A stretch of 58,737 nt of DNA, the filler included, from Malassezia furfur (lineage: Eukaryota): the NCBI GenBank assembly GCA_052055015.1. It is 3 parts of 3 records of this genome, joined end to end, with 100 filler letters (N's around TTAATTAATTAA, not from the genome) between each part and the next. Parts side by side here need not be neighbours in the genome. Positions count along the whole stretch, not along the records: positions 1 to 19,562 come from JBQJIT010000186.1; positions 19,663 to 39,203 come from JBQJIT010000188.1; 1 more part is not named here. One strand, written 5' to 3'. Position 1 is the first letter of the stretch; every line of letters begins with the position of its first letter. The notes beneath the pieces were generated by a model. It saw nothing but the letters and a program-made list of their open reading frames with translations. It was not told the DNA's origin and did no database searches. The position numbers and the translations under genes were made by a program. Positions 10,256-20,412 of the stretch are shown piece by piece.

Positions 10256-12040
10256 ATGGCGTTTTCGTTCGGCAAGGCGCCGAGCACGGGCGCGACGCCG
10301 GGGCTCTTTGGCAACCAAGGCGCGGGCGCACAGGGCACGCAAGGCAACACGCAGGCGAGCCAGCCGGCCTCGTCGGGCTTCTCGTTCGGGTCTACGGGAT
10401 CGGGCGGGCTGTTTGGCGCCAAACCCGCCGAGTCGAAGCCCGCGGGCGGGCTGTTTGGCCAGCCAGCCTCGGGCACGCAGGCATCGCAGCCGGCATCCTC
10501 CGGTGGCTTGTTTGGCCAGAGCACCTCGGGCACGCAGTCTGCGCCATCAGGCGGCTTGTTCGGCCAAAATACCTCGGCGTCACAGCCGGGCCAGTCGAGC
10601 CTGTTTGGCCAGAATACAACGGCGTCACAGCCGGGGCAGTCTGGCGGGCTGTTTGGTCAGACAAACCAGAACCAGACGCAGCCGGGGCAGTCTGGCGGGC
10701 TGTTTGGCCAGACGAACCAGGCACAGTCGCAGCCAGGACAGACTGGTGGGCTGTTTGGCCAGACGAACCAGAACCAGACGCAGCCAGGACAGACTGGTGG
10801 GCTGTTTGGCCAGACAAACCAGAACCAGACGCAGCCAGGACAGTCTGGCGGACTATTTGGCCAGACAAACCAGAACCAGACACAGCAGGGGCAGTCGGGC
10901 GGCCTTTTTGGCCAGTCGACGACGCAGCAGCCGGGGCAGTCGGGCGGCCTGTTTGGCCAGGCGTCCGGCTCGACGACGCAGGGCGCACCGTCGACTGGTC
11001 TGTTTGGGCAGTCGACGTCGGGGCAGCCGTCGCAGACCGGCGGCCTCTTTGGTGCGTCGCAGACGCAGGCGAAGCCGGCCTTTGGTTTCGGCGCATCGCA
11101 GCCGTCGTCGAGCCTCTTTGCTTCACAGCCTAAGCCCGGCGCGCAGCCAGCGCAGCCCGGCGCGATGGGCGCCAGTACGGCGGGCGCTGCGCCAGACGCC
11201 AAGCTCGGTGCGCCGCTCAACGCGCGCTTGGAGCAGATCCGCGCGAGTTGGGACACGTCCAACCTGGCGACGTGCCGCTTCCAGCACTACCTGTACAATC
11301 GCGCGAGCGATCCGCAGGCGCTGCAGCAGCTCACGGTGCGCCGCCCCGACGCTGTGGGGCCGATGCACGATGCGCTGTGGACAAAGGCGATGCAAGAGAA
11401 CCCTGAGCCGGAGCGTCTATACCCCGTGCTCGCTGTCGGCTTCAGCGACCTGCGCGCGCGTGTGCAGGTGCAAGAGACCGAGGCGGTGCGGCAGCACAAC
11501 AAGCTCGCGGAGCTTGCCAAGCAGCTTGCGGCGCTGCAGCAGAAGCACGACCTGTCAAACACGATCCGCGCGCAGTCGGCGATGCTGATGCAGTCGCGCA
11601 TCCACCAGCGCCTTCTGTCGCTCATCAAGGACTGTGCGACGCTGATCCCTGCGCTGCGCAACCAGGGGATGAACGCGGCGGAGGACCAGCTGCTCGTCAC
11701 GCTCGAGACGTGCGAGGCGCAGCTGAATGGCGCAGCGGGCGCCGCAGACGCCGCGCCGCAGCAGGCGCTGCTGCGCGCGCAGGTGAACGAGCTCTGGGCG
11801 CAGCTCGGCGTGGTGCGTGCGCGCCGCGAGGCGCTCGCGAGCCAGGGCCGCGTCGACAGCGGCAACACCGAGTGGGCCGTCGTCGACGAGGCGAGCTTCG
11901 AGGAGCTGACCAGCATCCTCGCGTCGCTGCAGCAGGGCCTGCTGCACCTGACCGGCATCCTCAGTGCGGACACCAAGGCGCTGAACATGGTGTGCGACGG
12001 CCTGACGGGCGTGCCGTTGGTTGGAGTACGGAATCGGTAG
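10256..12040 (+). CDS. NUP57: GLFG nucleoporin of the Nup57/Nup54 family
   Basis: MAFSFG start, many GGLFG repeats, then HYLYN...LWTKAMQENPEPERLYPVLAVGFSDLRAR and a coiled coil. Confidence 0.85.
   Translation: MAFSFGKAPSTGATPGLFGNQGAGAQGTQGNTQASQPASSGFSFGSTGSGGLFGAKPAESKPAGGLFGQPASGTQASQPASSGGLFGQSTSGTQSAPSGGLFGQNTSASQPGQSSLFGQNTTASQPGQSGGLFGQTNQNQTQPGQSGGLFGQTNQAQSQPGQTGGLFGQTNQNQTQPGQTGGLFGQTNQNQTQPGQSGGLFGQTNQNQTQQGQSGGLFGQSTTQQPGQSGGLFGQASGSTTQGAPSTGLFGQSTSGQPSQTGGLFGASQTQAKPAFGFGASQPSSSLFASQPKPGAQPAQPGAMGASTAGAAPDAKLGAPLNARLEQIRASWDTSNLATCRFQHYLYNRASDPQALQQLTVRRPDAVGPMHDALWTKAMQENPEPERLYPVLAVGFSDLRARVQVQETEAVRQHNKLAELAKQLAALQQKHDLSNTIRAQSAMLMQSRIHQRLLSLIKDCATLIPALRNQGMNAAEDQLLVTLETCEAQLNGAAGAADAAPQQALLRAQVNELWAQLGVVRARREALASQGRVDSGNTEWAVVDEASFEELTSILASLQQGLLHLTGILSADTKALNMVCDGLTGVPLVGVRNR
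10628..10930 (+). repeat. 51-bp tandem coding repeat (QPGQSGGLFGQTNQNQT), about 5-6 copies
   Basis: Units start at 10628, 10679, 10730, 10781, 10832, 10883. Confidence 0.85.
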
Positions 12041-13056
12041 CTACTTCGGGTCCCATTCGTCCACCGCGTTGTAGAACGTCTGGATCGTGCGCTTCTGTGC
12101 ATCCTCGCCCGACTCCTGCGGCGCGTCGCCGATCGCACGCACCACGAGGTACTTGCGCCCGGTGAGGACCGCAGGCGTCACCGCGGGGGGCCATGCGCCC
12201 TTGGCGGCCTCGGCCGCATGCGCCTTGGAGCCGACCACTGCGCATCCGCTGCGTAAGTAGACACACGTACGCTTCTTGGGCAATCACCATGCCGGCGCAC
12301 ACGTCCCAGGCCCAGCACCCGATCTCCCAGTACACGTCGAGGCACCCAGCCGCGACGTGCGCAAAGTTGAGCGCCGCAGAGCCGACGGAGCGCACGCCGA
12401 GCGCCATCTCGCCGCCCTGCACACCGCCAGCGGCGTCACCGGTGAGACGCTCAAACGTGCGCGTCTTGCGCTCCATCACCTCCTTGGAGCGGTCCGAGCC
12501 CCACTCGAACGCAACGAGCGCCTGCTTGAACGACGACAGCGGCTGCGGCTTGGTGAGCGGCAGCGACCGGCGCTCAGGGTGCAGCGGGCTCGTCATGAAC
12601 GCGCCGCTCCCCTTGCGCGCCGCATATAGCTGACCAAGGAACGGCGCAAAGATCACGCCGAGCACCGGCTCCGACTTGTACACCAGCCCGATGGAAATGC
12701 ACACAAACGGGAAGCCCTTGACGAAGTTGGTCGTCCCGTCGATCGGGTCGATGATCCACGTCGGCGCATCGGTGATCTCGTTCTGCTCGCCGGCCGCCCA
12801 GCTCTCCTCGCCGATGAACTCGTGGTCAGGGAAGCGCGCCTTGATCGCCTCGTGCACGAGCTTCTCCGTGTTCTGGTCCGTCTCGGTCACGAGGTCCGCC
12901 GTGTTCTTCTTCTCGTCGAAGCCAGCTGCGGTCAGAGCAGCACAACGTACTCGCGTTGCGGAAGCGCGTCTCGCTGCCTTCCGTGATCGCCTGGCCCGCG
13001 CGGTGCGCGAGCGCAATTGCAAAGTCCAGCACTTCGTCCAAGTCCAGGGCGCTCAT
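12041..13056 (-). CDS. Inositol monophosphatase; introns 12926-12950 and 12249-12270
   Basis: ADLVTETD, FIGEES, WIIDPIDGTTNF, GSAALN, WAWDVCAG. Confidence 0.92.
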
Positions 13057-13114
13057 GGTGTCCGTTCGCATCCCCGCGCACGGGGCGCCACGTGCTGTGG
13101 AGGCGTCCGCGAGC

Positions 13115-14513
13115 ATGGCCGGATGGGCGCCGCTGCGTGCTGCCGAGTCGTTCCTAGCCGACGCGCCGCACACGCCGGCGCGCGACCGGCCGCTGGCTCC
13201 GCTGTCGCAGCTGCCTGTGCCCGAGTCGATGTCGCAGCGCGCGTCGCAGGCGTCGCCGTACAACTGCCGCGCGCCGACACCGCTGTCGTCGCTGCCCATG
13301 GTACCGGGCGTCGGCTCCGACGAGGAGGAGGTAAGCGACGCCGATACGTGGGGCGACGTCGTCGATGATGTGTACGAGGAGGAAATTGCGCCCATTACAC
13401 GCGCGCGCCTGCGCTTGCGCTCCGGCCTTCCGGCGCTCGACGCATACGCAGGGACCTTGCGCACCGCCGGCGCCTTTGCGACGCACGGTGCCTACGAGCC
13501 CGAGACCGATGACGATGCACTTGGCTTCCCGCTCGGCTCGGCGCTCGAAATCGTGGGGCCTCCAGGCGTCGGCAAGACAACATGGGTGCTCGAGATGGCC
13601 GTGCGCGAACGTCTCGCGCATGTTCTGCACTCGCTCGACCTGGCGCTTGACGAGGTCAGTGCGTCGCCCGCATCCTCGTCGTGCGACACAGATGAATGGC
13701 TTGATGAGAACGTCGCGCCATGGTGTGCACAGGTAGTCCTGGCCGACACAGAGGGGAGCATTGCGTATGCGCGCCTCGCGCAGCTCGCAACGGCCGCGGC
13801 GCGGGACGCCATGGACGCGCCGAGCTGTATACGCTGGCGCACAGCGCTGTCGAGCGCATACACCGTCCAGCATGCGAGTCTTGTGCGGTGCATCCTCCAA
13901 GGGCTCCACGTCGTGCGCCTCACATCGCTAGGCGACCTGCTTGCCTTTCTTGGCGTCGCAGCCGACAGTGTACTCAAAGTGCCCGGCCTACCGCCACGCA
14001 CGTCGCTACTGGTTGTTGACTCGCTGTCTTTCTTGCTAAATACCCACGCTCTCGCGCCAGAGGCGACGCGCGAGCAGCGCCGCGCACGGTCCAATGCGCT
14101 GGCGCTGGCGATCCATGCGCTGACGACACTGCGCGATTTTCACATTCCCGAGCACGATCGGCTCACGGTCATCGTCACTAACCAGATGGCATCACGTATG
14201 CCGGGCGACCGGCGGGCGCAGGCGGGCGTCGAGTCCGTCCTGGTTCCGTCGCTAACGGCCGCACCAACGATGCGCGGCGCATTCGATGCATCCGCGTACG
14301 ACTGGGGGCCGAGTATTCTCGGGCGTAGCGCATGGCGCTTCCTTCTCTTCTATCCCGGCGCGCAAGAGGCGCGGTACGTTGGGCTACTGACCTAGCTTCC
14401 TGGCCATCCAGTCTCGGCCTGATACCCCGAACGCGACCGCCGATGACCATGGCGCTGCGCCGCATCCCTGTATCCCGTTTGTTGTGCAGCCTGCGGCATG
14501 GCACGGTGCATAA
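13115..14513 (+). CDS. Divergent RecA-fold Rad51 paralog (Rad55/RAD51C-like); intron 14374-14395
   Basis: LEIVGPPGVGKT (Walker A), LADTEG, LLVVDSLS (Walker B), VIVTNQM. Confidence 0.7.
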
Positions 14514-15128
14514 TTACAGGTTCTTGTCGAAGCTATCGATCACTGTGTTAGTTGCGCGACGCACAGATCGTGACGGGGCCTGCGTTAGGGCTGTATACAT
14601 ACCATCGTTTACCAACGACACATCCATCATCGCGCCAAAGCGACCATCTGTGTGAGTATTCCGCGTACCCTTGATGCGCTCGGGCGCGTACTGCTCGCCC
14701 AGTCGCGTGAGGAACGCCTCGTAGAACTGCTTCGACGTTTCGCCGCCCATCGCGCGGTGGAAGTCGGGCTTGGTGCCCTTGGCCGTCTTGGCGTACAGCG
14801 TAAACTGCGACACTGCGTGAGCACGCCACGCCACGTACCGCACAGGATCTCGCCGCCCAGCTCCGCCACGTTGGCGCACCACGGCCGCGCGCCCTCGGCG
14901 GGCTGAGAGAGGCGCCCGTCCTCGATACGCGTGCCATCAGGCCAGAGCCGTGTGCCCAGCATCTTCTTGACAAGCACCTGCATCTGCTCAGGCGTATCGT
15001 CGTGGCAGATGCCAATCAGCGCCAGGATGCCCGGCCCAATTTGCGAAACGAGCTCGCCATTGACTGCGTCAGCGCGCGCACGTACCGTGCACTGACGCCT
15101 GCTTCACACGCTGCAACACTGCGCGCAT
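14514..15128 (-). CDS. DTD1: D-aminoacyl-tRNA deacylase; introns 15064-15085, 14813-14838, 14648-14668, 14580-14602, 14543-14564
   Basis: [45 protein letters not shown] after splicing. Confidence 0.93.
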
Positions 15129-15155
15129 CGTCGCCTTAGTCAGCCATTTTTTGCC

Positions 15156-16496
15156 ATGAGCGGGGGCGATCGAGCAGCGCTGCAGTCGACGCTGCTCCGG
15201 CTCTGCGTGCTGAGCGCAACGTCGTTGCAGGCCGTGCACCCGAGCCAGGTGCCGCAGGAGACCGTGGACAATGATGCTGCGAAACAGGATGGTGCCAAGC
15301 TCGGCGAACAGATTCACCACGACCTTTTGGCGCTGCTGCAGAAGGCGAGCAAGGACGTCACTGCGCTGTCGCTCGCGATGCGCCCGCCCAAGGGGCAGGT
15401 GCAAGATACCGACGAGCCACTTGCGGGGCTCGATGATGCCAGTGTTGAGGCTGCCTCGCGCCTACTCCAGTCGCTCGCGTCCGACATTGTACCCAAGCTC
15501 GTGTTCCTGGCGAACCTTGCGCAGAAGAACCAGGCGGTCTGGTCGCTGACCGACGCCGCGGCGAACGACGAGAGCGTGAAGGAGGCACAGGCACTCGGCG
15601 CCCAAATCGTCTACGGCGAGGGCGCCAAGGGCGCCAAGGCCGTCGATGCGTCCGTCGGCCGCTACTTTGCGGGCGAAATCACACGCGCCGTGTCTGAGGT
15701 CGTGGAGCTCATTGCGCAGCTGTGCCAGAGCTTCATGGATGCGCGCACGCGCACCGTGCTCCAGCGCGCGCAGGCACGTCGCGAGGGCGCAGCGGCGAGC
15801 ACGCCCTCTGTTCCGCCGCCGTCACGCGCCGCCTCCCTCGGCCTGACGAAACGGCTGTGGAACTTGTGCGATGGGCTCGCGGGACAAGGCACGGCCGCCA
15901 AGCACATTGCGCGGCTACCGCGCAGCAACAAGGAGGCGGTCGCAAAGGTGTGGAAGCAGTCGGTTCTCGTGATGGAAGACGGCCTGGCAGAGTTGGACCA
16001 GGCGATGGAGGCCACCGGCGACGAGGAAGACGACGACGACGCGGCCGAACTCGGCGAGCAGTGGTCCAAGCCTGTCGCGCTCTCTGACGCCGAGCGTCGT
16101 GCGGCGAAAGCGGTGCATACGCTGCTGGAGCACGGCCTTGCTGTACAGAAACGCGTGTGCCCAGCGGTCTTGGGCAGCGCTGCATCGGCCATCGACTACG
16201 ATGTGGTAGGCCAGATCATTTCCGAGCTCTCCGAGGCGCAGGACGACCTCGTATCTGCCGTGCTGTACGCCGGCGACGACGCCTTGCCAGAGGACCTCGA
16301 TGCCGAGGAGCAGGAGGAGACACCCGAGGGCGACGGCCACGAGGAAGGCGTCGACGAAGACGACGAAGACGAGCTTCGCTCAAGTGCAGAGACATACCGC
16401 ACGCTGTGCGGCCAACTCGCGGCGCTACCGACGCCAAGCGTGTCGATGGACGAGGTAGACCGCGCGTACGATGCGGCGCTGGCCACGTTCCTATAG
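15156..16496 (+). CDS. GCIP/CCNDBP1-like helical protein
   Basis: LTKRLWNLCD...LPRSNKEAVAKVWKQSVLVMEDGLAEL followed by an acidic stretch, as recalled for GCIP-family proteins. Confidence 0.6.
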   Translation: MSGGDRAALQSTLLRLCVLSATSLQAVHPSQVPQETVDNDAAKQDGAKLGEQIHHDLLALLQKASKDVTALSLAMRPPKGQVQDTDEPLAGLDDASVEAASRLLQSLASDIVPKLVFLANLAQKNQAVWSLTDAAANDESVKEAQALGAQIVYGEGAKGAKAVDASVGRYFAGEITRAVSEVVELIAQLCQSFMDARTRTVLQRAQARREGAAASTPSVPPPSRAASLGLTKRLWNLCDGLAGQGTAAKHIARLPRSNKEAVAKVWKQSVLVMEDGLAELDQAMEATGDEEDDDDAAELGEQWSKPVALSDAERRAAKAVHTLLEHGLAVQKRVCPAVLGSAASAIDYDVVGQIISELSEAQDDLVSAVLYAGDDALPEDLDAEEQEETPEGDGHEEGVDEDDEDELRSSAETYRTLCGQLAALPTPSVSMDEVDRAYDAALATFL

Positions 16497-16501
16497 TACA
16501 G

Positions 16502-17545
16502 CTATTTCCGCACGATGCCCAATGCATTGGGGCCGCGACGCTTCTTGGGCGCCGGCCGAGGCATGGCCGTGGGTTTGGCGAGGGCCTCGAGCTGCGCGCG
16601 CGACGCTTCGCTCAACAGGCTCGTGGCATCCGGTGGCGCCTCGTGTGCAGCATCCGTGCCGTTGGGCTGCGCTGCGTCGGCCGGCGACGCTTTCGGTGAC
16701 GTCGATGGTTCAGCTTGGGGCGTAGCGGACGCCTTGTCTTTGGCCGGCGAGGCGCGCGGCTTGTCCTCCGCCGGTGCCTCTGCCGGCTGCTCCTTTGCAG
16801 GTGCCTCCGCCGACTCAGCCGGCTGGCTCGGCACGTCGTCGGCAACGGAGGCGACGAATTTGCCCTGCATCGGATCGCTGGGGCGGACATTCCGCTTGCC
16901 AAAGTATTTCTGGACGAGCGCTTCGTCCTCCTCTTCCTCCTGTGACCGCTCCTTGGTCTCCGCAGCGGCGGGCTCGTACTTGCGCTTGCCGAGCGCGACG
17001 CTCTGCAGCACGGCATCGGGATCCACCCGTTCATGCCGGGCGTTGCGCGTGCGAATGTCCTGGAGTGCGTCGAGAATCTCCATCTCGCGCTGCGACTCGA
17101 TCGTGCGCTGCTCGAGCGCCTTCATGGGGTCGATCTCGGGCTCCGAGTCCTCGTCGTCCGAGAGAATGATGGTGATCTTGTTCACGTCCGCCTTGGGCTT
17201 GTCATTGTCGCGCCACGGCTCAAAGTTGCGCGTCGCGCCGTGTTCCGCGGCATAGTCCGTGTTCTTGGGGTCGGTGCGGAAGGTGATCTCAGACGTACAC
17301 CGTGTGCACTTGATGTAGAAGCGGTAGATGGGGATGCCGTAGTACTGCTCGCCCTGCACGATTTCCTTGCGTGCATTAAACTTTTTGCCCTTGTAAATAA
17401 ACTCGCCACACGAGTTGCACTGCATGCTGTAGGGCGCCATCAGACGCACAGTGCGCTTGTGCCCCTTACCATGTCGGTTGCGGTTCGCCTTGTTCGGATC
17501 AAAGTCCGGCGGGAAGTACTTGTTGATCACCTTGCGCTCCGACAT
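16502..17545 (-). CDS. YJU2: Splicing factor Yju2/Cwc16
   Basis: MSERKVINKYFPPDFDP, CNSCGEFIYKGKKFNARKE, FYIKCTRC, TDPKNTDY. Confidence 0.95.
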   Translation of the reverse strand: MSERKVINKYFPPDFDPNKANRNRHGKGHKRTVRLMAPYSMQCNSCGEFIYKGKKFNARKEIVQGEQYYGIPIYRFYIKCTRCTSEITFRTDPKNTDYAAEHGATRNFEPWRDNDKPKADVNKITIILSDDEDSEPEIDPMKALEQRTIESQREMEILDALQDIRTRNARHERVDPDAVLQSVALGKRKYEPAAAETKERSQEEEEDEALVQKYFGKRNVRPSDPMQGKFVASVADDVPSQPAESAEAPAKEQPAEAPAEDKPRASPAKDKASATPQAEPSTSPKASPADAAQPNGTDAAHEAPPDATSLLSEASRAQLEALAKPTAMPRPAPKKRRGPNALGIVRK

Positions 17546-17580
17546 GGTGGCGGCCGCGTGCGAAGCCCTCCACCTCCATC

Positions 17581-18172
17581 ATGGGCCTGGGGTCGCGCGA
17601 CGCGTACGTGTTGGTCTGACGCAGGGATGCGGCGCTCGGCACACAGGCACTTGCGATCGCGGTCTCGGTGCTCGCCGTCTTCTTGGCGGTGCGCATCGCG
17701 TACCGCACCATCCGGAGCACGGTCGCACTCGCGTTTTGGCTCGTCAAGTGGGGCGCCATCCTGTACGCCGTGCTTTTGGCCTACCTGTGGTACACCCACG
17801 AGACGCCCACCGCGACGCAGCAGGCACTGGCGGGCGTGAATGCGGTCATCTCAGGTACGTGCTATGGCTGATGTAGCGTCCGCCTCGACGTTTTACGCGC
17901 TCGCACTGCGCACACTCCAGCAGCCCGGCGGGGTCGGCGCCGTGGCCCAGCAGCTTGCGGGCGCCTTTGACGCGCCGCGCACGGCGCCGCGCCGCACACA
18001 GCGCCGCAAGCAGCGCCAGCGCCGCACGGACGATGTGCTCGGCGATCTCGCCGACTCGCTTGGCCTCGGCGACGTCCTGGGCGCCGCCCAGGCTTGGGAC
18101 CCGGCGGCGAACGCCGGGCAGGTCAAGCAGGAGGCGCGCAAAAAGCGCAAGCGCTCGCGGTTCTGGGACTAG
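17581..18172 (+). CDS. Small two-TM membrane protein (possibly Apq12-like); introns 17604-17624 and 17855-17876
   Basis: Spliced frame gives two hydrophobic helices (LAIAVSVLAVFLAVRIAY; LAFWLVKWGAILYAVLLAYLW) and a basic tail. Confidence 0.6.
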
Positions 18173-19404
18173 GCGAGGTTGTCGATACCCCATACTTCTG
18201 GCGACGCCGTGTCGGCACGCAGGGCACCGGCCTCCTGCGCATCGAACCAGAGCTCGTCGTCGTCGACGTGCATATCGTCGGGCCGTGCTTCGCTCTCGTA
18301 GCTGACATGCGATGGTGGCGCCGGCGGTGTGGCGAGCGGTACATAGGGCACACGCCACGTCTCGACGACGTAGCGCATCTCGTCGTCGGCCTGCTCAAAG
18401 TCCCAGTGGGTATGCTGGAGCGCGCGGCGCAGCATCCAGTCGCTGTACTGCCCCGGGTGCGTGCGCCGCGCCTCGCCCTCGCCCGGCACACGCGCGGTGA
18501 CGAGCGTGATGTCAAGCGTGCGCGCCGCGTCGTGCACCGCGAGCCGCTCGAGCGCCGGGCGCAGGTGCCGCGTCGCACCGACCCACTGCTCCTCGTCGTG
18601 CCCCACGACGAGCAGGCACACGAGGTGCGTAAGGCGGTCGGCCAGTGCGGCAAGCACCTGTGAAGCGCTGCGCGCGCCGTGCGGCCCCGTAAAGCTCGGC
18701 ATGATCAGCGCAAGGTGCGTGAGCCGCGGCAGCTCCGCGAGGGCGTCGACGGTGTGCACCGAGATACGGCTACGTGGCCCGTGCAGCTGGAGGTGCGTGA
18801 GTGCGCACCACGGCACGTGCGGTGTGCCGGGGCGCCATACGGTATCGATCGCGTCGCCTGCCCATGGGCTCTGGAGGCACACGACCTCCTCGAGCGCGGC
18901 GCGTGCCGCAAACAGCCCCCCTGCGCCGTCGCGCAGGTCGAGTGCGAGCGGCTCGCACTGGATCCGGAGCGCCCGTAGCGCCGTGCACCGGCGCAGCACC
19001 ATGCGCAGGATCTCGGCGGTATCGAGACCAAAGCGGCGCGTGCGGGCGACGCCGTCGAACAGCGCCTCGGGCGCGGCATCGTCCGGGCCCTGGAGCACGG
19101 TGAGCGTGCGGGTATGGCGTGCGACCAGCGCACCGAGCCCGAGTGTGTTGCGCGTGAGCGAGAAGCCAAAGTGCCGGAGCGCGTGCGCGCCGCGCAGCAC
19201 GAGATCGGGGAGCAGCACGCGGCCGTACAGCGCGACGAACCACGCGCGGCACGTCTGGGCCAGGCACGCGGCACGCTTGCGTGGGTGAGCGTCGCGCGCG
19301 ACGGCGTGCAGCGCGACCTCCTTCAGCACGCTCATCGGGAGGCGCGGCGGCGCGCGCGGCACACGCAGCTCCGCGCACGTCCCCCCATGAATTGTCTCGA
19401 GCAT
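18169..19404 (-). CDS. Hypothetical F-box-like/LRR-like protein
   Basis: PPRLPMSVLKEVALHA (F-box-like) and LTHLQL/LPRLTHLAL repeats; start uncertain. Confidence 0.55.
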   Translation of the reverse strand: MLETIHGGTCAELRVPRAPPRLPMSVLKEVALHAVARDAHPRKRAACLAQTCRAWFVALYGRVLLPDLVLRGAHALRHFGFSLTRNTLGLGALVARHTRTLTVLQGPDDAAPEALFDGVARTRRFGLDTAEILRMVLRRCTALRALRIQCEPLALDLRDGAGGLFAARAALEEVVCLQSPWAGDAIDTVWRPGTPHVPWCALTHLQLHGPRSRISVHTVDALAELPRLTHLALIMPSFTGPHGARSASQVLAALADRLTHLVCLLVVGHDEEQWVGATRHLRPALERLAVHDAARTLDITLVTARVPGEGEARRTHPGQYSDWMLRRALQHTHWDFEQADDEMRYVVETWRVPYVPLATPPAPPSHVSYESEARPDDMHVDDDELWFDAQEAGALRADTASPEVWGIDNLA

Positions 19405-19456
19405 ACGGCGCACCGCCCGAAAACCCACGTGGCACATCACGCGACGGCGGTACGCG

Positions 19457-19758
19457 ATGACCTCGACGATGCACACCTCCGGCTCTGGCGCGCAGCGGCG
19501 CGCCTCGAACGCGGGCCATGCCGGCCGCGGGCGCGGCCAGCATGCGCCGCTGGGGCGCTGGANNNNNNNNNNNNNNNNNNNNNNNNNNNNNNNNNNNNNN
19601 NNNNNNTTAATTAATTAANNNNNNNNNNNNNNNNNNNNNNNNNNNNNNNNNNNNNNNNNNNNGCGACCGCGGGCAAGGCGGTGCCGGGCGCGGCGGCCGC
19701 CGCCCAGGGCGCTGCTTCTTCCGCGGCACAGTCTTCTCCACAGACCTCGTTTGCGTAG
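19457..19758 (+). CDS. Possible gene interrupted by the assembly gap (5' and 3' fragments)
   Basis: ATG 19457 opens into the gap; an Ala-rich frame exits the gap and stops at 19758; linkage unproven. Confidence 0.25.
19563..19662. other. Assembly gap with artificial six-frame stop linker
   Basis: N44-TTAATTAATTAA-N44. Confidence 0.97.
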
Positions 19759-19804
19759 CCTGACAGAGACGCGCGAAGTAGATGAACGCGGCTAGTAGTA
19801 CAGA

Positions 19805-20264
19805 TCAAAGCTGGACAGCGGCTACGGTCAAGGCGGCGGCAAGCGCCGTCAACGTCCATTGGATACCGATGGTTACGGCACCACTCCCCACAGTCTGTGT
19901 GAGGCAACGATGCACGACGTACCTGGAGGTTCTTGGGGTCTGGTTCCAAATTGCTCGCGGTCGACCGCAGGTCGACGCTCTTGGCGAGCGACGAGGAAAG
20001 CGCAGGGTTCACGGTCGGCTCGAGCGTCGAGAGCGCCGCCGTGTAGTTCCACGTGTACCCGTCCGGCGTCTGACTCGGGCCGACGCCTGACATGACGATC
20101 ACCGTGCCGCTCTGCCCACTCGGCAGCGTGGAGATGGGTGTATAAGTCTGAGAGGGCGTGTAGTACGAGTTGGTCGGCGACGTGACTGGCGTGTCTTGCG
20201 CTCGCACACATAGCACACATACCAGTGCGGCCATGACCCACATCAAATACGGCGCGGAAACCAT
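19805..20264 (-). CDS. Small secreted Ser/Thr-rich, probably GPI-anchored cell-surface protein; intron 19895-19922
   Basis: Signal peptide MVSAPYLMWVMAALVCVLCVRA-QD, S/T-rich body; splicing yields the hydrophobic tail GSGAVTIGIQWTLTALAAALTVAAVQL*. Confidence 0.75.
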
Positions 20265-20412
20265 GCTCGACAAAGTACTCTGCAAATTAACGTCGTAGTC
20301 GGTAGGTAGCACGGCGTGATGTAGTCCACAATTTCTGCACCGTACCCCACAAAAGCGCGTCGAAATAATTGCACATCTACAACTTGCCCTCTATCGTACA
20401 TTCTTGCCATGC

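Noticed and set aside
10628..10930. Regularly spaced repeats resembling a CRISPR array
   Set aside because: In-frame FG-nucleoporin coding repeats with no unique spacers and no cas genes; eukaryotic DNA
8065..11133. 1022-aa serine dehydratase fusion ORF with WWAVWPD repeats
   Set aside because: Read-through of an unspliced 22-nt intron into an alternative frame of the Nup57 GLFG repeats
19607..19618. TTAATTAATTAA palindrome inside N runs (also 39248-39259)
   Set aside because: Identical N44-linker-N44 layout twice; an artificial contig-joining spacer with stops in all frames
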